Below are positions 1 through 9,720 of a DNA stretch of 64,000 bases, piece by piece. The stretch's first letter is position 1; the number at the start of each line of letters is the position of its first letter. The position numbers and the translations under genes were made by a program. The DNA comes from Candidatus Cloacimonadota bacterium (GTDB lineage Bacteria > Muiribacteriota > UBA6191): contig JAGSHD010000001.1 in NCBI GenBank assembly GCA_023954715.1, positions 428,468 to 492,467 on the forward strand. Reading direction: 5' to 3'. Below the pieces are notes generated by a model. That model did not search any database. It was not told the DNA's origin and saw only the letters and a program-made list of their open reading frames with translations.

Positions 1-38
1 AGTTTAATAAATCTAAATCTTTTATATGCTAAATATAC

Positions 39-65
39 TAAAAAACTACCTCAAAGTAAATTTGA
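39..65 (-). terminator. Putative intrinsic terminator downstream of the small minus-strand gene
   Basis: On the minus strand, ctcaaa/tttgag forms a 6-bp stem with a 5-nt loop. A U-run follows (A-run 40-45 on the plus strand). It lies about 50 nt after the stop at 114-116. Confidence 0.35.
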
Positions 66-113
66 GACAGTTTTCATATAAAATAAATATTCAGGTTATA
101 AAATATTACTTAG

Positions 114-293
114 TTACGATTTAAAATCAATATTTACACCAGATGGCCCAAGAGGTGTGGTCGCCTTAAGCGTCAATGGGGCTTTTACTACGTCTGGATT
201 ATTTGATCCACTTTCGTTATTTACCGCGTCAATAATAGCTGTTCGAGCTCTCATAGAATCTACAACAGCCGTCATTAGTTTTGAAACTGACAT
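114..293 (-). CDS. Small hypothetical protein of 58 aa, below the ORF-track size cut-off
   Basis: ATG at 293-291 is preceded by AAAGGAG with 6-nt spacing. My translation is MSVSKLMTAVVDSMRARTAIIDAVNNESGSNNPDVVKAPLTLKATTPLGPSGVNIDFKS. Composition is ordinary and GC-richer than the flanks. A terminator hairpin lies downstream. Confidence 0.45.
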   Translation of the reverse strand: MSVSKLMTAVVDSMRARTAIIDAVNNESGSNNPDVVKAPLTLKATTPLGPSGVNIDFKS

Positions 294-362
294 AATGTAC
301 TCCTTTTTATTTTTGCCATATCGGCAGATTTGACAAAAACTTTACACTTTTTTGTCTTTTTT

Positions 363-395
363 TTGACAGAGGCATACAAAAACTATACAAATTGT
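363..395 (+). promoter_or_regulatory. Sigma70-like promoter candidate (TTGACA -35, then TATACA/TACAAAT -10-like)
   Basis: TTGACA at 363-368 with an A/T-rich -10-like hexamer about 16-18 nt downstream. It would drive a plus-strand transcript starting near 400 that ends at the terminator at 868-897. Confidence 0.3.
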
Positions 396-525
396 ACATT
401 TTTTGTTAACTTATTGTCATGAGATCAATAAACAATCTCAAACGTGCCCACAACTAATCAAAGTTAAACAGTTAAATCTATTTTTAAACTGCTTAATTAA
501 TATATCGACACTAGGAGAAATCATT

Positions 526-750
526 GTGAATCATCTTGCTGAGGAGAGCCCATCTATTATGAAGGTCAGCCATTCGAACCAACTTTTAAAAATGCCATCT
601 GGAGTTAACCCAACTATTACCCAAATTACTCATTTTACTCCAAGTACCGTAAGTAAAAGCCTTTATAAAAACTGTAGCCGGGACTTAAATTACAAAGTGA
701 GCATCTACGCTGATGTAATCCCCCCTGTAAGAGGACTTAGAAGAGCTTAA
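526..750 (+). CDS. Hypothetical small protein (75 aa) with a GTG start. This is an alternative to the 115-aa TTG-start ORF at 403..750; the region may instead be non-coding
   Basis: AGGAG at 513-517 lies 8 nt before GTG at 526, in the same frame as the track ORF. The TTG at 403 has no SD. The region is GC-richer than the flanks and sits inside a promoter-terminator-bounded unit. The protein has no recognisable family. Confidence 0.3.
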   Translation: MNHLAEESPSIMKVSHSNQLLKMPSGVNPTITQITHFTPSTVSKSLYKNCSRDLNYKVSIYADVIPPVRGLRRA

Positions 751-867
751 ACTAGCTACCTTTTCTTTCTTATAGACTGTTCCCAGAAAATTTACGCAAT
801 TTGTTCAATAATTTAATTGTTGTCTTGTACCCAAGTAAAAAAAAAGATAGAATGTAAACTAATACTC

Positions 868-897
868 AGCTTCCCGTTGCAAGGAAGCTAGTTTTTT
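868..897 (+). terminator. Rho-independent terminator
   Basis: agcttcc (868-874) pairs with ggaagct (883-889), a 7-bp GC-containing stem with an 8-nt loop. TTTTTT follows at 892-897. Confidence 0.6.
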
Positions 898-984
898 GTA
901 TAATTAAAAAAGTGACTATTATATTGGATTAAATATTAAATAGACATTTCATCTTTCTAACAGACTAAAGGGTCTATTATATCA

Positions 985-2289
985 ATGAGCGAACTCTCTA
1001 CTTTACATAAAACTGTTGGAATCATCGCTAATGACGAAGACTTCGTCAACAAACTAAAACAAATATTTGCTACTCTTGACAATCAATCTTTTAACGCTAC
1101 TTACTGCGATAACTATCAGACAGCTAGTGAGTTTTTAGACTATGAGTTACCAAATATCTTAATTATTGATATTTCTTCTCCCATAGAAAACCTAGAACAA
1201 CTTCAAAAATCTTTGAAAGATGATCATTGGTTGGTTAACACCGGAGTGATTTTAGCAGCCCAAAGCAACGAAAGAGCCTCTTACATTGAAAAAGCTAGAG
1301 ACTGGAACCTCCTTTCCATCATAGATAAATCTAAATCTAAAGATTTTCAACGAGTCTTAGATTTTGTTCTAAGAAAATGGGATTTACTCAAAGACTCTAG
1401 TACATTTTCTCAATTTGAACAAAATCCAAATGGTACCATTATTATTAAAAATGACATGGAAGAAGCTGAGCGTACTGCTAATATGATCGCATCTTTTCTA
1501 TTTGAAACAGGTCGTATTGATCGTAAAAAGTTTTATAGTGTCAGCATGGGTTTATCAGAGTTACTTATAAATGCTGTTGAGCATGGTAATTGTGGTTTAA
1601 CCTTTGATTGTAAAACCCAACTTCTTGAAGATGATGTCAATATGGTAGACTATGTCCGTGAACTCGCTCAAAGCAATCCTGAAATTGGTAGAAAACGAGT
1701 ACAGCTCGACTACGAAATTCTCCATGATTGTTCGATCTGGAAGATAAGCGATGAAGGAGAAGGTTTTGATCACAGTGATTTTGTAGAACCAGATCCAGAG
1801 CGTTTGTTATTATCCCATGGCCGTGGGATTATCATGGCCCGAACTTGTAGCGATAAATTGGTCTATAACCCAAAGGGAAATGTAGCAACATTAACTTGTT
1901 ATCATAGTTCTGAAGAGCAAATCAATACGCCTGTTGGTTTCAGAGACGAAGAACACGTCAAAATTGACGTCGGTGGAAAAGTTTTTGATGAGGGTGAGTT
2001 CTCTTCTCACTTATTTTATATTCTAAGTGGTGAATTCGACGTTTTTAGTAACAATAAAAAATTAGGATCTTTAAAACCTAGTGATTTATTCGTAGGTGAA
2101 ATGAGTTTCTTACTTAATCAAAAACGTACAGCTACAGTTATAGCAACCTCTCCAGCTACTTTAATAAAATTGAGTAAACAATCTTTTATTAAAGTCGTAA
2201 AAAAATATCCTAATTATTTGATCTTGGTCTCTAGGCTGTTAGCTCAACGCTTGTCACGTTCAAATTCTGATACTGTTTACAAAATGTAA
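985..2289 (+). CDS. Three-domain signalling protein: receiver-like N-terminus, RsbW/SpoIIAB-like GHKL serine-kinase ATPase domain, C-terminal cyclic-nucleotide-binding (CAP-family) domain
   Basis: N-terminus: acidic pair NDED, then IIDIS and DKSK at receiver-like positions. Middle: LINAVEHGNCGL, an N-box of HATPase_c_2 anti-sigma kinases. C-terminus: FDEGEFSSHLFYILSGEFDV...GEMSFLLNQKRTATVIATSPATLIKL, a typical cNMP-binding beta-roll pattern. ATG at 985 with an AAAGGG SD-like sequence upstream. Confidence 0.6.
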   Translation: MSELSTLHKTVGIIANDEDFVNKLKQIFATLDNQSFNATYCDNYQTASEFLDYELPNILIIDISSPIENLEQLQKSLKDDHWLVNTGVILAAQSNERASYIEKARDWNLLSIIDKSKSKDFQRVLDFVLRKWDLLKDSSTFSQFEQNPNGTIIIKNDMEEAERTANMIASFLFETGRIDRKKFYSVSMGLSELLINAVEHGNCGLTFDCKTQLLEDDVNMVDYVRELAQSNPEIGRKRVQLDYEILHDCSIWKISDEGEGFDHSDFVEPDPERLLLSHGRGIIMARTCSDKLVYNPKGNVATLTCYHSSEEQINTPVGFRDEEHVKIDVGGKVFDEGEFSSHLFYILSGEFDVFSNNKKLGSLKPSDLFVGEMSFLLNQKRTATVIATSPATLIKLSKQSFIKVVKKYPNYLILVSRLLAQRLSRSNSDTVYKM

Positions 2290-2486
2290 GCAAAGTTATC
2301 TACCCTTCTAAATCCTAACTTTCCTCAAAGAATAACAACTTTATCAATCATTTTAGTACCTATTCAGCTATAATTTTTCAATGTATTCACAAAGGCTGAT
2401 TACACCTAGGTATATCAATAAAGCAAAAACTGCGAAAAACTTGTATGTTCCCCTCCTTTTATCAAAGAGACCACCTGAATAATTAC

Positions 2487-5400
2487 TTATTTTATTTGAT
2501 ACTTATGCACCCTTTTACGCTCTTTTTCTAATACAAATAAATTAGACTTTCGCATAAGCACATCGATCGAACCAGATAGCTTTCTCATAGGATCACTAGA
2601 AGTTAATGAGTCATCTGTAGTGTTGATAAATTGTAACATAGGAAAACCAGCAGATGGATTTGTTGGGGCAGCAAAAATCTTTACCCCAGTACTATCGGCA
2701 ATAGCTATCTTATCATTACTACAATGCATATCTTTTACATTCGTCATGGTATGAACACTTGTCCCATCGAGATCATAAATTGGATAGCTCGAAAAGAAAA
2801 TATCATTTTGAATTTTTTTGGTACCTGCTGGGTAGGTAGCTACACTAAAACTATTGGCTGGAGAGTTTCCGGCTACTACTAAATAAGTACCCATATCACA
2901 AATACCTACACCACTAGTTTGTCCTGTATGAGTAGAACTCAAGTGAATCTCACTTTCAGAGAACATCTGTACACGATCTTCTGTACCCCCAGACTCTAGG
3001 ATCATCAATCTTTGTACCCCGCTATCTTGAACTAAATCAATTGCTTTTAACTTATAACCATTTTGACCAAAATTATCACGTGCTCCTAAAAAGGATCGTG
3101 GGTTTCTAGTAAAAGTCGTTTTTTGGCTTACTACCCGTTGATTTGGTACAACATTTGGCACATACTCTGGTAAGGTTGTACAAGCATCTGTCCAAGCTAC
3201 TGAAGGTACTACAGACGTACAGATAGCATTTTCGCCTTGAATCACACTAGTTAATATTGCTGTAAATCCAACACTCTGTAAATCATTAACAACGTATAAC
3301 TTATTATCTTGTTCTTCAATAAAGTATAAAGAACTACTGGTCGTTTTATAAGTCTCTAATGAATTAGTAAAGTAAGCCGAATTTAACAAATTAGTAGTAT
3401 TTTCGTTTACTCTTTCGTCTGAATAGATTAACTCTTGAATTTGGGTAGTATAACTTACTAATCCTAAAGATGCTGCAGATACTCTACTGTAAGCCGTATC
3501 AGAAGTATTATACACATCAAAGGTATCAAAGTTTGTATCAAGCATTAACCATTCATCATTTTTATATTCAGAAAGTAAGGCCGGCGCTTGTATCCCACCT
3601 AAACCATAAGGGTTGTCAGCAAAATAGTTTACAAATGTACCTGCGCTTGTAAATACAGATATACGTTTAGATACAGCGTCTGTGATATACAGATTACTAA
3701 AATTATTGCTATTAAGTGGACGAATTCCTCGAATACCATTTATAGACCTAAAGTTTTGGTCCTTATACCCAATTCCACCTATATATCCTACTCCCCCAAA
3801 GTCGGTAACGGCAGTCAATGTATCTGCTGAAGTAACTGAAAACTTATAAACTCTTAGGGTATTTTGATCGGAAATATAAACGGATTTACCGTCTTGATCT
3901 ACTTCTACTTGGCTTGGCTTTATCAATGGAAAAGTCCAACTTGTTAGTTTAGTAAACTTGGCTGAAGCTTCAAATGCAGAGTTAACGAAACGATAGCGTA
4001 CAATAGACTTTTCGTTTGGTAAAGTTAAATAGCTATACTCTACGGACTGACTGATACCTCCCGGTAATAATGAGTTTAATGTGTGAACTTGCGTAATTGC
4101 AATCGATGATACAGCAGAAGGAAAGTCTGCCGCTGTTCCGGTAGATTTTGCAAAGCCGCCTTCTGATGCTTGAACATAAACTTGATTGGTCAGTGGATCA
4201 ACATTTTTTGCAAAACTCTTTACATACCTTCTAAGATATAAATCTAAACCACTACTTGTTTGAGCAGCAACATATACAACAGATCCCAACTTTGGCGCAT
4301 ATCGTACTACAGCATTTGTTAAAAAATTATTGGCGCTTTCTGAAGCATCGTTTTCTCGGAAAATATGATTATCTGAGCCCTTTAGTACATTAGACTCTAA
4401 TACGAACTTACCAATCAACGCGGGACGATTAATTTGATTTTGTTCACTATTTTCTGTTTTTGGAAAATGTGCAATCTCTCCTTGAGTCGTAGTTAAAGTC
4501 CTACCAGAGTATTTACCTGACATTAAAAATGAACCTAGATTTTTAGTCCGATCATATACCATGTCAAATGAGTCTAATCTCTCAATTTGTCCGAAAAATA
4601 CGGAACTAGAGTTTTTGTTACCGACTATAGTAGTACGAGGATCTCCCCCTACTGAAAACTCTCTAACTTGAAGAGCTGACTTATCTGCAACAAATACAGT
4701 ATCTAAATTAGTGCCACCAAACCCCACTTGAATCGGTTCTTTAAACAAATCACCTCTGGTAATCGTTTTAGTAAATAATGGAAAAACATCTACGTTTGTT
4801 GTCAAAGTAGAAGCATTGCCATGAACATCGTTTGCTATAATATTAATTGTTAGCCCTTTTCCACTAGGTAAAGTCAACTCCGCTGAAAAACCAACGGATA
4901 CCAAAGGACTTAAAGTTGTAAACTTACTCCAAGGACTACTCGAAGTTTTTGTTGAAAAAGTTGTAGTACTGATAGCTGTACCATTAACAGAGATGGCTGT
5001 AACAGGTGACAACTCATCTTCTACAGTACCACTTACTTTATATTTTCCGCTTGTATTATCAGTAACCTGTGTAATTGCATCTACTTTAATAACAGGTGCT
5101 GTTTTATCTCGACGAAAATAAAGAGTACCATACTGTTTTAACGCCTTACTTGTATAGCCTCTCTCTTCAAATTTATCACTAGCATTATCTATTAAATCCA
5201 ATTTTAATGGCCATATTCCATCTTGATTTAATACAATCTCACCCTGAAAGGATACCCTAGAACTGACTCCTGCTGAACTCGTTGTCAAACGTACAAAATT
5301 TGTTTTAGTAGAGAAGGTGATATCTTTACCTAAAAGTTTGTTTATATCATCACTTTGAGGTGAAAATAGAGATAAATCTCCAAATCGAAAAGAAAAATTA

Positions 5401-8400
5401 TCAAATGTTCTCGTATCTGTACTAGTGCTTCCTCTAGATAGTTTAAATCCTGACTCATCCTCAATATATCCAGATATATGACCAATACAGCTACTAGTAG
5501 CGCAATTGGTATCAAAAACACTTGAGTTATAGGAGCTTCTTGTTTCGCTAATCAAGTATGGTAATGAAGTTAAATTAAAACCACTGGCCGATTGAATGAC
5601 TGCTCTTGGTTTTGTAATATCATTTAGGTTTAACTTTGTAAAAAAACTACTGTTTGTGAAACGTTTCACAAATCCATGTTGATCACTAATATAACCAGTC
5701 ACAAAATTTGATACACCCTCAGAAATCGGTAGTTTCACAGTCCAGTCCAAAAAGTTTGAAGTCACTATGGAGCAAGCTATCGTTGAACATAGACTCAATG
5801 TTGTTATCTTAGATAAGTCTGTTGCAGCCCCTTTAATTTCAACAATATTTGTTGTAACTAACTGCTCTAAAGAACCTTCGGGTAAGTTGGTGATAGCAAC
5901 TTCAGGGGGTGAAAAATCAACTGTAGCTATTTTAATATGTACAGCAGAAAGAGTTTTAAATTTTTGTGTTAAATCTGTAGTTCCACTATCATTGTTTTTG
6001 TCATCTGTTGCTGTGATTACTAAATCTATGTTATTGCCTTCACTGAGCCCTACTGTCTTCTCAAAGTTAAAGGTCTTTGTTTCAGTAAATACTTGATCAA
6101 CAGATATACCCGTCCTTACAAACTTTACATTATTTACATCACTTGCACTTGCAGATAAGGATATAGATTTGCTAGTTACAAAACCAAGCTGTACGCTGCT
6201 AGGGCTTTGATTTAAGTTAAAAGTATAATCACTATATAGTCCGTTTTGATTACTCACATTGCTAGAAAAATTTATAGGTTTTAAAGGATCACCACTTGTG
6301 AGAGTTGGCTGGGTGGCTACCCCTCTTACATTTAACTGAGATAATGTAATACTTGGCGGAATTACATCTAAGGACAAGAATTCTCGAACTATTGCAGTCT
6401 TATTGATGTTTCCTAACACATCTATAGCGTAAAACTCTAGTTTGTTTTTAATCCCCTGCTCTACAGGAACATCAATGATTTCAAAAGTGTTAAAGCTAAT
6501 CCCTGTATTTTTAGCATAAATACTAGTAATTGCTTGATCTTTCAAACTTACGTTCGAAACCCAAATACTCGTTACTCCAGATAAATCTACAGACTTTCCT
6601 AAAACCGTCAGTTTATTTAAGCCAAGAGCATTGCCATCATCTAACGGATAGGTGATATCAAGACTCGGAGATGTATTGTCCATCAAAGCAAAATAAGTTA
6701 CAATCTCATTTCCTACTATACTTGTGTTAGCAGATTCTGAAACCTTTACCGTGATACGAATATCTTCTTGATCTCCCAAACCAGTAGTATCTGCATCCAA
6801 AATTTCTTTATCCGTATGCCAATAAAATGTAGTAATTACTCCATTATTACTTGAAGATAAAGAAGGAATGATACCTGAACTTAAAAAAGTCGTATTAGCT
6901 GAAGATGAAAGGGATATTTTTGGGTCAGAAGGTAAAGTCAATAAGTTTTGCCCTAGGGTAAATGAAAACCGTAGATTGGCTGAATTTGACTCTTGATCAC
7001 TTATTTTCACACTTACTGGCACAATACCTTGAAGAGTACCATTCGATTGCGGAGTAAATGATACCATTGGTGCACTATTCAAAATTTGGATTTGGTCTAG
7101 CTGCCCTGAGCTTTGAGGCACTGCTTTTATATACTCTTCAGAAAGTGAAAAGTCGGGTAAAATTGTCTCACTTTCAAAGCCTAAAATATAATAGTCAAAA
7201 GCAGCAGTAACAATACTTGCAGAGCTAGTAGAACTTAACAAGTGATTTCTTAACTCTACTCCAAAAGAGTAAGTTTGATCTCCTACTAGTTGATCACTAA
7301 AAAATGAGTAGTAGCCTGAAGCATCTGTCTGCGCAAAGTGCCTAGCTCCATTACTATCTTCAGCGAAAACTGAGTAATAAGCAGCTGGAGTCTTACTTGC
7401 TCCCAACCCTTTAAAAATTCGCCCCTTTACATTTACTTTAACAGCATTCGTTTTTGGTATTTCATACTCTACTAAGCTACTAGTGGATAAAGTGGATAAC
7501 CCTTGTGCTATCGTATTGATAGCTGTATCTGTAGTGAAGTTCGATATTATAGATGAACTAGCTATCATACTTGACCATAAACTATCCATTTTGATTGGTT
7601 CAAAGTTCAATAGTTTTACGTTTTCTAATCTAGGTACTTTAGCCACAATTGGACTTGAAATATCTTTAAAGTATCCAATATCCTTGTCTAAAGAATAGCT
7701 CTGTTTAAACAAAAGAGGTATAAACTGTATCACTTCACGTAAGGAGATTTTAGAAGACATTGTCAATTGATTAGACATATTCTTTAATCTATATAATACC
7801 GCAAAATTACTTTCCAAAATCTCTATATCTGATTCAATCCAGTTATTATTTACTACACGTTGATTAGAAATATTTCTAAATATAAAGTTTTCACTCGCAA
7901 TTTCAGATAATGGATCTGGATAGCCATTGTTTAAATTGACAATGCTAAAGTTTGTCTTAGATAGACGTCCATATTCAGCTTGAAAGATCTTCTTAATTTG
8001 AGAAAAGTAATTTTGTGGTTCTTTTACTAACTTTTCAAACTCTACTAATGTAGTGTCAGTAAACTTCTTGCTTGACCAATAAGTCTTCATATCAGTGGCT
8101 AGCGTCGTTGTTTTTGAATATTGTGCTGACACCAATTGATCCTGTCCAAATAAAATTAGTCCTTCGGATGCTAGAGTTTTTTGAACTCTCTCTATTGAAT
8201 ATCTCTTTTGAGATAATACATTAGATACATTATCAATAACATTGTTTAAGCTAACAAAATACTGAGTATTCTTTTCACTTAAAGCCCCGATAGTTGACAC
8301 ACTCACCCACGGAAAACTATTTGCATCTCTAGAAATCCTTAAGGTTTTTTCTTTTGAAATCGTACCCGCATTTGCATAATTATTTAACTCCGTCAAATTT

Positions 8401-9476
8401 AAACGAAGTATATGATTGGGAGGTGGAAGTAAAGTTAAATCGCTAGTTGTTAAACTCACATCAAAGAATGCAATTAAATCATTACTGCTAATATAGCTTT
8501 TTATGGTCGGAGCATTGCCTTGATAAACTTTTTGCCAACGATCTTTAACAAAAAAGTTTCCAAGACCATCAGAAACATAATAACCAGCATTTAAAAATGT
8601 ATATAGCAACTGTAACTTTCGTCGTTTAAGTTGACTCCCTGAAGAAAGTGGTAAAGAGCTTTCCACAAAAACTTTTGATTTTAAATTATCTGATAAACTG
8701 AAAGATTCTTTCCAAGTTTTACTTGTTAATGCCAAGTTTTTTAACTCTCGTGAAAATGAAGATCCTGAACTCCCGTTAGTAGGTATCGAATCAACAATAT
8801 AGTTTGACTCCTGAAAGTCTGAGGCATTAAAAGTAAATTCGTTTTGAATTTTTATTGCGTTTTCAGACAAATCATCTAGAAGAAGATTCATCTCTTGGGT
8901 AATCTTAGAGTACGTTGGAGAACCTTGATCATTCACTCCACCAATCTTGGCTGATATTTCTTCTTTAACAAAGCGAAAAGCACTATCGGACAACAGGTTT
9001 ACTCCGATTTTATCACCGATAGAAGTTTGCCCTTGTTTCAATTGGGTAAAAGAAGTAAGTTCTTTGTTATCAAAAACCACTCGAACCAAAAGAGACTCTT
9101 TGGAGTTAGTAAATACGCCATCTCGAATCTGGTCGTCAGTAATAGAGAAGCTACCGTCAGAGTTTGTAATAATTACTGTTCCCGATTTTAAAATGCTATC
9201 TTGAAAGAAAATATCTGATGCTTTGTGTAAATAAACTCTACCTTTTCCAACTGGGTTACCAACTAAAGAGCTTGAAATGGATTTTGATATGCTGCTTATT
9301 TTAGATTTAGAAGGTAGAGTATTCGGAAAGTTTACTGTTCCTTGTAGAAAGATATTTGCTGGTGTACTCGTGGAAGATCCGGCTTCTTCGCTAAACCCCC
9401 CGCATCCAACCAAAGTAAGACACAAAAAGATACTTATAAATAGCTTTAATTGATTCCAATAATATTTGTTGTTCAT
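2487..9476 (-). CDS. Giant surface lipoprotein (2329 aa). Has a lipobox, a carboxypeptidase-regulatory-like N-terminal domain, Ser/Thr/Asn-rich probable Ig-like tandem domains and NHL/beta-propeller-like segments near the C-terminus
   Basis: ATG at 9476-9474. Signal peptide with LVGC lipobox (FLCLTLVGCGG). N-terminal GTVNFPNT...GRVYL...GTVIITNSDGSFSI resembles a CarbopepD_reg-like fold. C-terminal region carries NHL-like motifs (YISDQNTLRVYKF...YITDAVSKRISVF). Paralogous to the next gene. Confidence 0.7.
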   Translation of the reverse strand: MNNKYYWNQLKLFISIFLCLTLVGCGGFSEEAGSSTSTPANIFLQGTVNFPNTLPSKSKISSISKSISSSLVGNPVGKGRVYLHKASDIFFQDSILKSGTVIITNSDGSFSITDDQIRDGVFTNSKESLLVRVVFDNKELTSFTQLKQGQTSIGDKIGVNLLSDSAFRFVKEEISAKIGGVNDQGSPTYSKITQEMNLLLDDLSENAIKIQNEFTFNASDFQESNYIVDSIPTNGSSGSSFSRELKNLALTSKTWKESFSLSDNLKSKVFVESSLPLSSGSQLKRRKLQLLYTFLNAGYYVSDGLGNFFVKDRWQKVYQGNAPTIKSYISSNDLIAFFDVSLTTSDLTLLPPPNHILRLNLTELNNYANAGTISKEKTLRISRDANSFPWVSVSTIGALSEKNTQYFVSLNNVIDNVSNVLSQKRYSIERVQKTLASEGLILFGQDQLVSAQYSKTTTLATDMKTYWSSKKFTDTTLVEFEKLVKEPQNYFSQIKKIFQAEYGRLSKTNFSIVNLNNGYPDPLSEIASENFIFRNISNQRVVNNNWIESDIEILESNFAVLYRLKNMSNQLTMSSKISLREVIQFIPLLFKQSYSLDKDIGYFKDISSPIVAKVPRLENVKLLNFEPIKMDSLWSSMIASSSIISNFTTDTAINTIAQGLSTLSTSSLVEYEIPKTNAVKVNVKGRIFKGLGASKTPAAYYSVFAEDSNGARHFAQTDASGYYSFFSDQLVGDQTYSFGVELRNHLLSSTSSASIVTAAFDYYILGFESETILPDFSLSEEYIKAVPQSSGQLDQIQILNSAPMVSFTPQSNGTLQGIVPVSVKISDQESNSANLRFSFTLGQNLLTLPSDPKISLSSSANTTFLSSGIIPSLSSSNNGVITTFYWHTDKEILDADTTGLGDQEDIRITVKVSESANTSIVGNEIVTYFALMDNTSPSLDITYPLDDGNALGLNKLTVLGKSVDLSGVTSIWVSNVSLKDQAITSIYAKNTGISFNTFEIIDVPVEQGIKNKLEFYAIDVLGNINKTAIVREFLSLDVIPPSITLSQLNVRGVATQPTLTSGDPLKPINFSSNVSNQNGLYSDYTFNLNQSPSSVQLGFVTSKSISLSASASDVNNVKFVRTGISVDQVFTETKTFNFEKTVGLSEGNNIDLVITATDDKNNDSGTTDLTQKFKTLSAVHIKIATVDFSPPEVAITNLPEGSLEQLVTTNIVEIKGAATDLSKITTLSLCSTIACSIVTSNFLDWTVKLPISEGVSNFVTGYISDQHGFVKRFTNSSFFTKLNLNDITKPRAVIQSASGFNLTSLPYLISETRSSYNSSVFDTNCATSSCIGHISGYIEDESGFKLSRGSTSTDTRTFDNFSFRFGDLSLFSPQSDDINKLLGKDITFSTKTNFVRLTTSSAGVSSRVSFQGEIVLNQDGIWPLKLDLIDNASDKFEERGYTSKALKQYGTLYFRRDKTAPVIKVDAITQVTDNTSGKYKVSGTVEDELSPVTAISVNGTAISTTTFSTKTSSSPWSKFTTLSPLVSVGFSAELTLPSGKGLTINIIANDVHGNASTLTTNVDVFPLFTKTITRGDLFKEPIQVGFGGTNLDTVFVADKSALQVREFSVGGDPRTTIVGNKNSSSVFFGQIERLDSFDMVYDRTKNLGSFLMSGKYSGRTLTTTQGEIAHFPKTENSEQNQINRPALIGKFVLESNVLKGSDNHIFRENDASESANNFLTNAVVRYAPKLGSVVYVAAQTSSGLDLYLRRYVKSFAKNVDPLTNQVYVQASEGGFAKSTGTAADFPSAVSSIAITQVHTLNSLLPGGISQSVEYSYLTLPNEKSIVRYRFVNSAFEASAKFTKLTSWTFPLIKPSQVEVDQDGKSVYISDQNTLRVYKFSVTSADTLTAVTDFGGVGYIGGIGYKDQNFRSINGIRGIRPLNSNNFSNLYITDAVSKRISVFTSAGTFVNYFADNPYGLGGIQAPALLSEYKNDEWLMLDTNFDTFDVYNTSDTAYSRVSAASLGLVSYTTQIQELIYSDERVNENTTNLLNSAYFTNSLETYKTTSSSLYFIEEQDNKLYVVNDLQSVGFTAILTSVIQGENAICTSVVPSVAWTDACTTLPEYVPNVVPNQRVVSQKTTFTRNPRSFLGARDNFGQNGYKLKAIDLVQDSGVQRLMILESGGTEDRVQMFSESEIHLSSTHTGQTSGVGICDMGTYLVVAGNSPANSFSVATYPAGTKKIQNDIFFSSYPIYDLDGTSVHTMTNVKDMHCSNDKIAIADSTGVKIFAAPTNPSAGFPMLQFINTTDDSLTSSDPMRKLSGSIDVLMRKSNLFVLEKERKRVHKYQIK

Positions 9477-9720
9477 AATGATTTAGTTTTGATCAAATTT
9501 ATCCACTCATTTGTATAGGTCAACTCACAAGGATAAATTTAAGAGTTTCATTTCATCTATCCAAAATACTATAATTGAGTATACACATTTCTTAGTATTA
9601 TCGTATTTTTGTCTGTAAGAATTTACCGAATTTAAGAGGATAAGACGGTACTCTATTAATATTTGTAGCGAAAACGAGTAAAAAGTTGTCTAAAATCATC
9701 AATAATTTAAACTATTCTGT

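Noticed and set aside
403-750. 115-aa plus-strand ORF starting at TTG
   Set aside because: No SD at the TTG. The N-terminal 40 residues look like translated AT-rich non-coding sequence. Only the 3' part, from the GTG at 526 with an AGGAG SD, is a plausible CDS, and even that is uncertain.
530-760. Possible RNase P RNA, tmRNA or SRP RNA in the GC-richer patch
   Set aside because: I searched by eye for the conserved RNase P P4 strand (GGAAAGUCCGGGCUCC and its complement), for tmRNA ends and tag, and for the SRP apical loop. Only partial resemblances turned up (gccgggacuu; uucgaacc); none of the full signatures are present.
3470-9204. Short plus-strand ORFs inside giant lipoprotein gene 1 (3470..3652, 5767..6096, 7483..7698, 8947..9204), with analogous ones in gene 2 (11810..12127, 15923..16111, 16121..16405)
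   Set aside because: They lie wholly within and antisense to long ORFs with clear protein features, and have no SD or family similarity. They are shadow ORFs.
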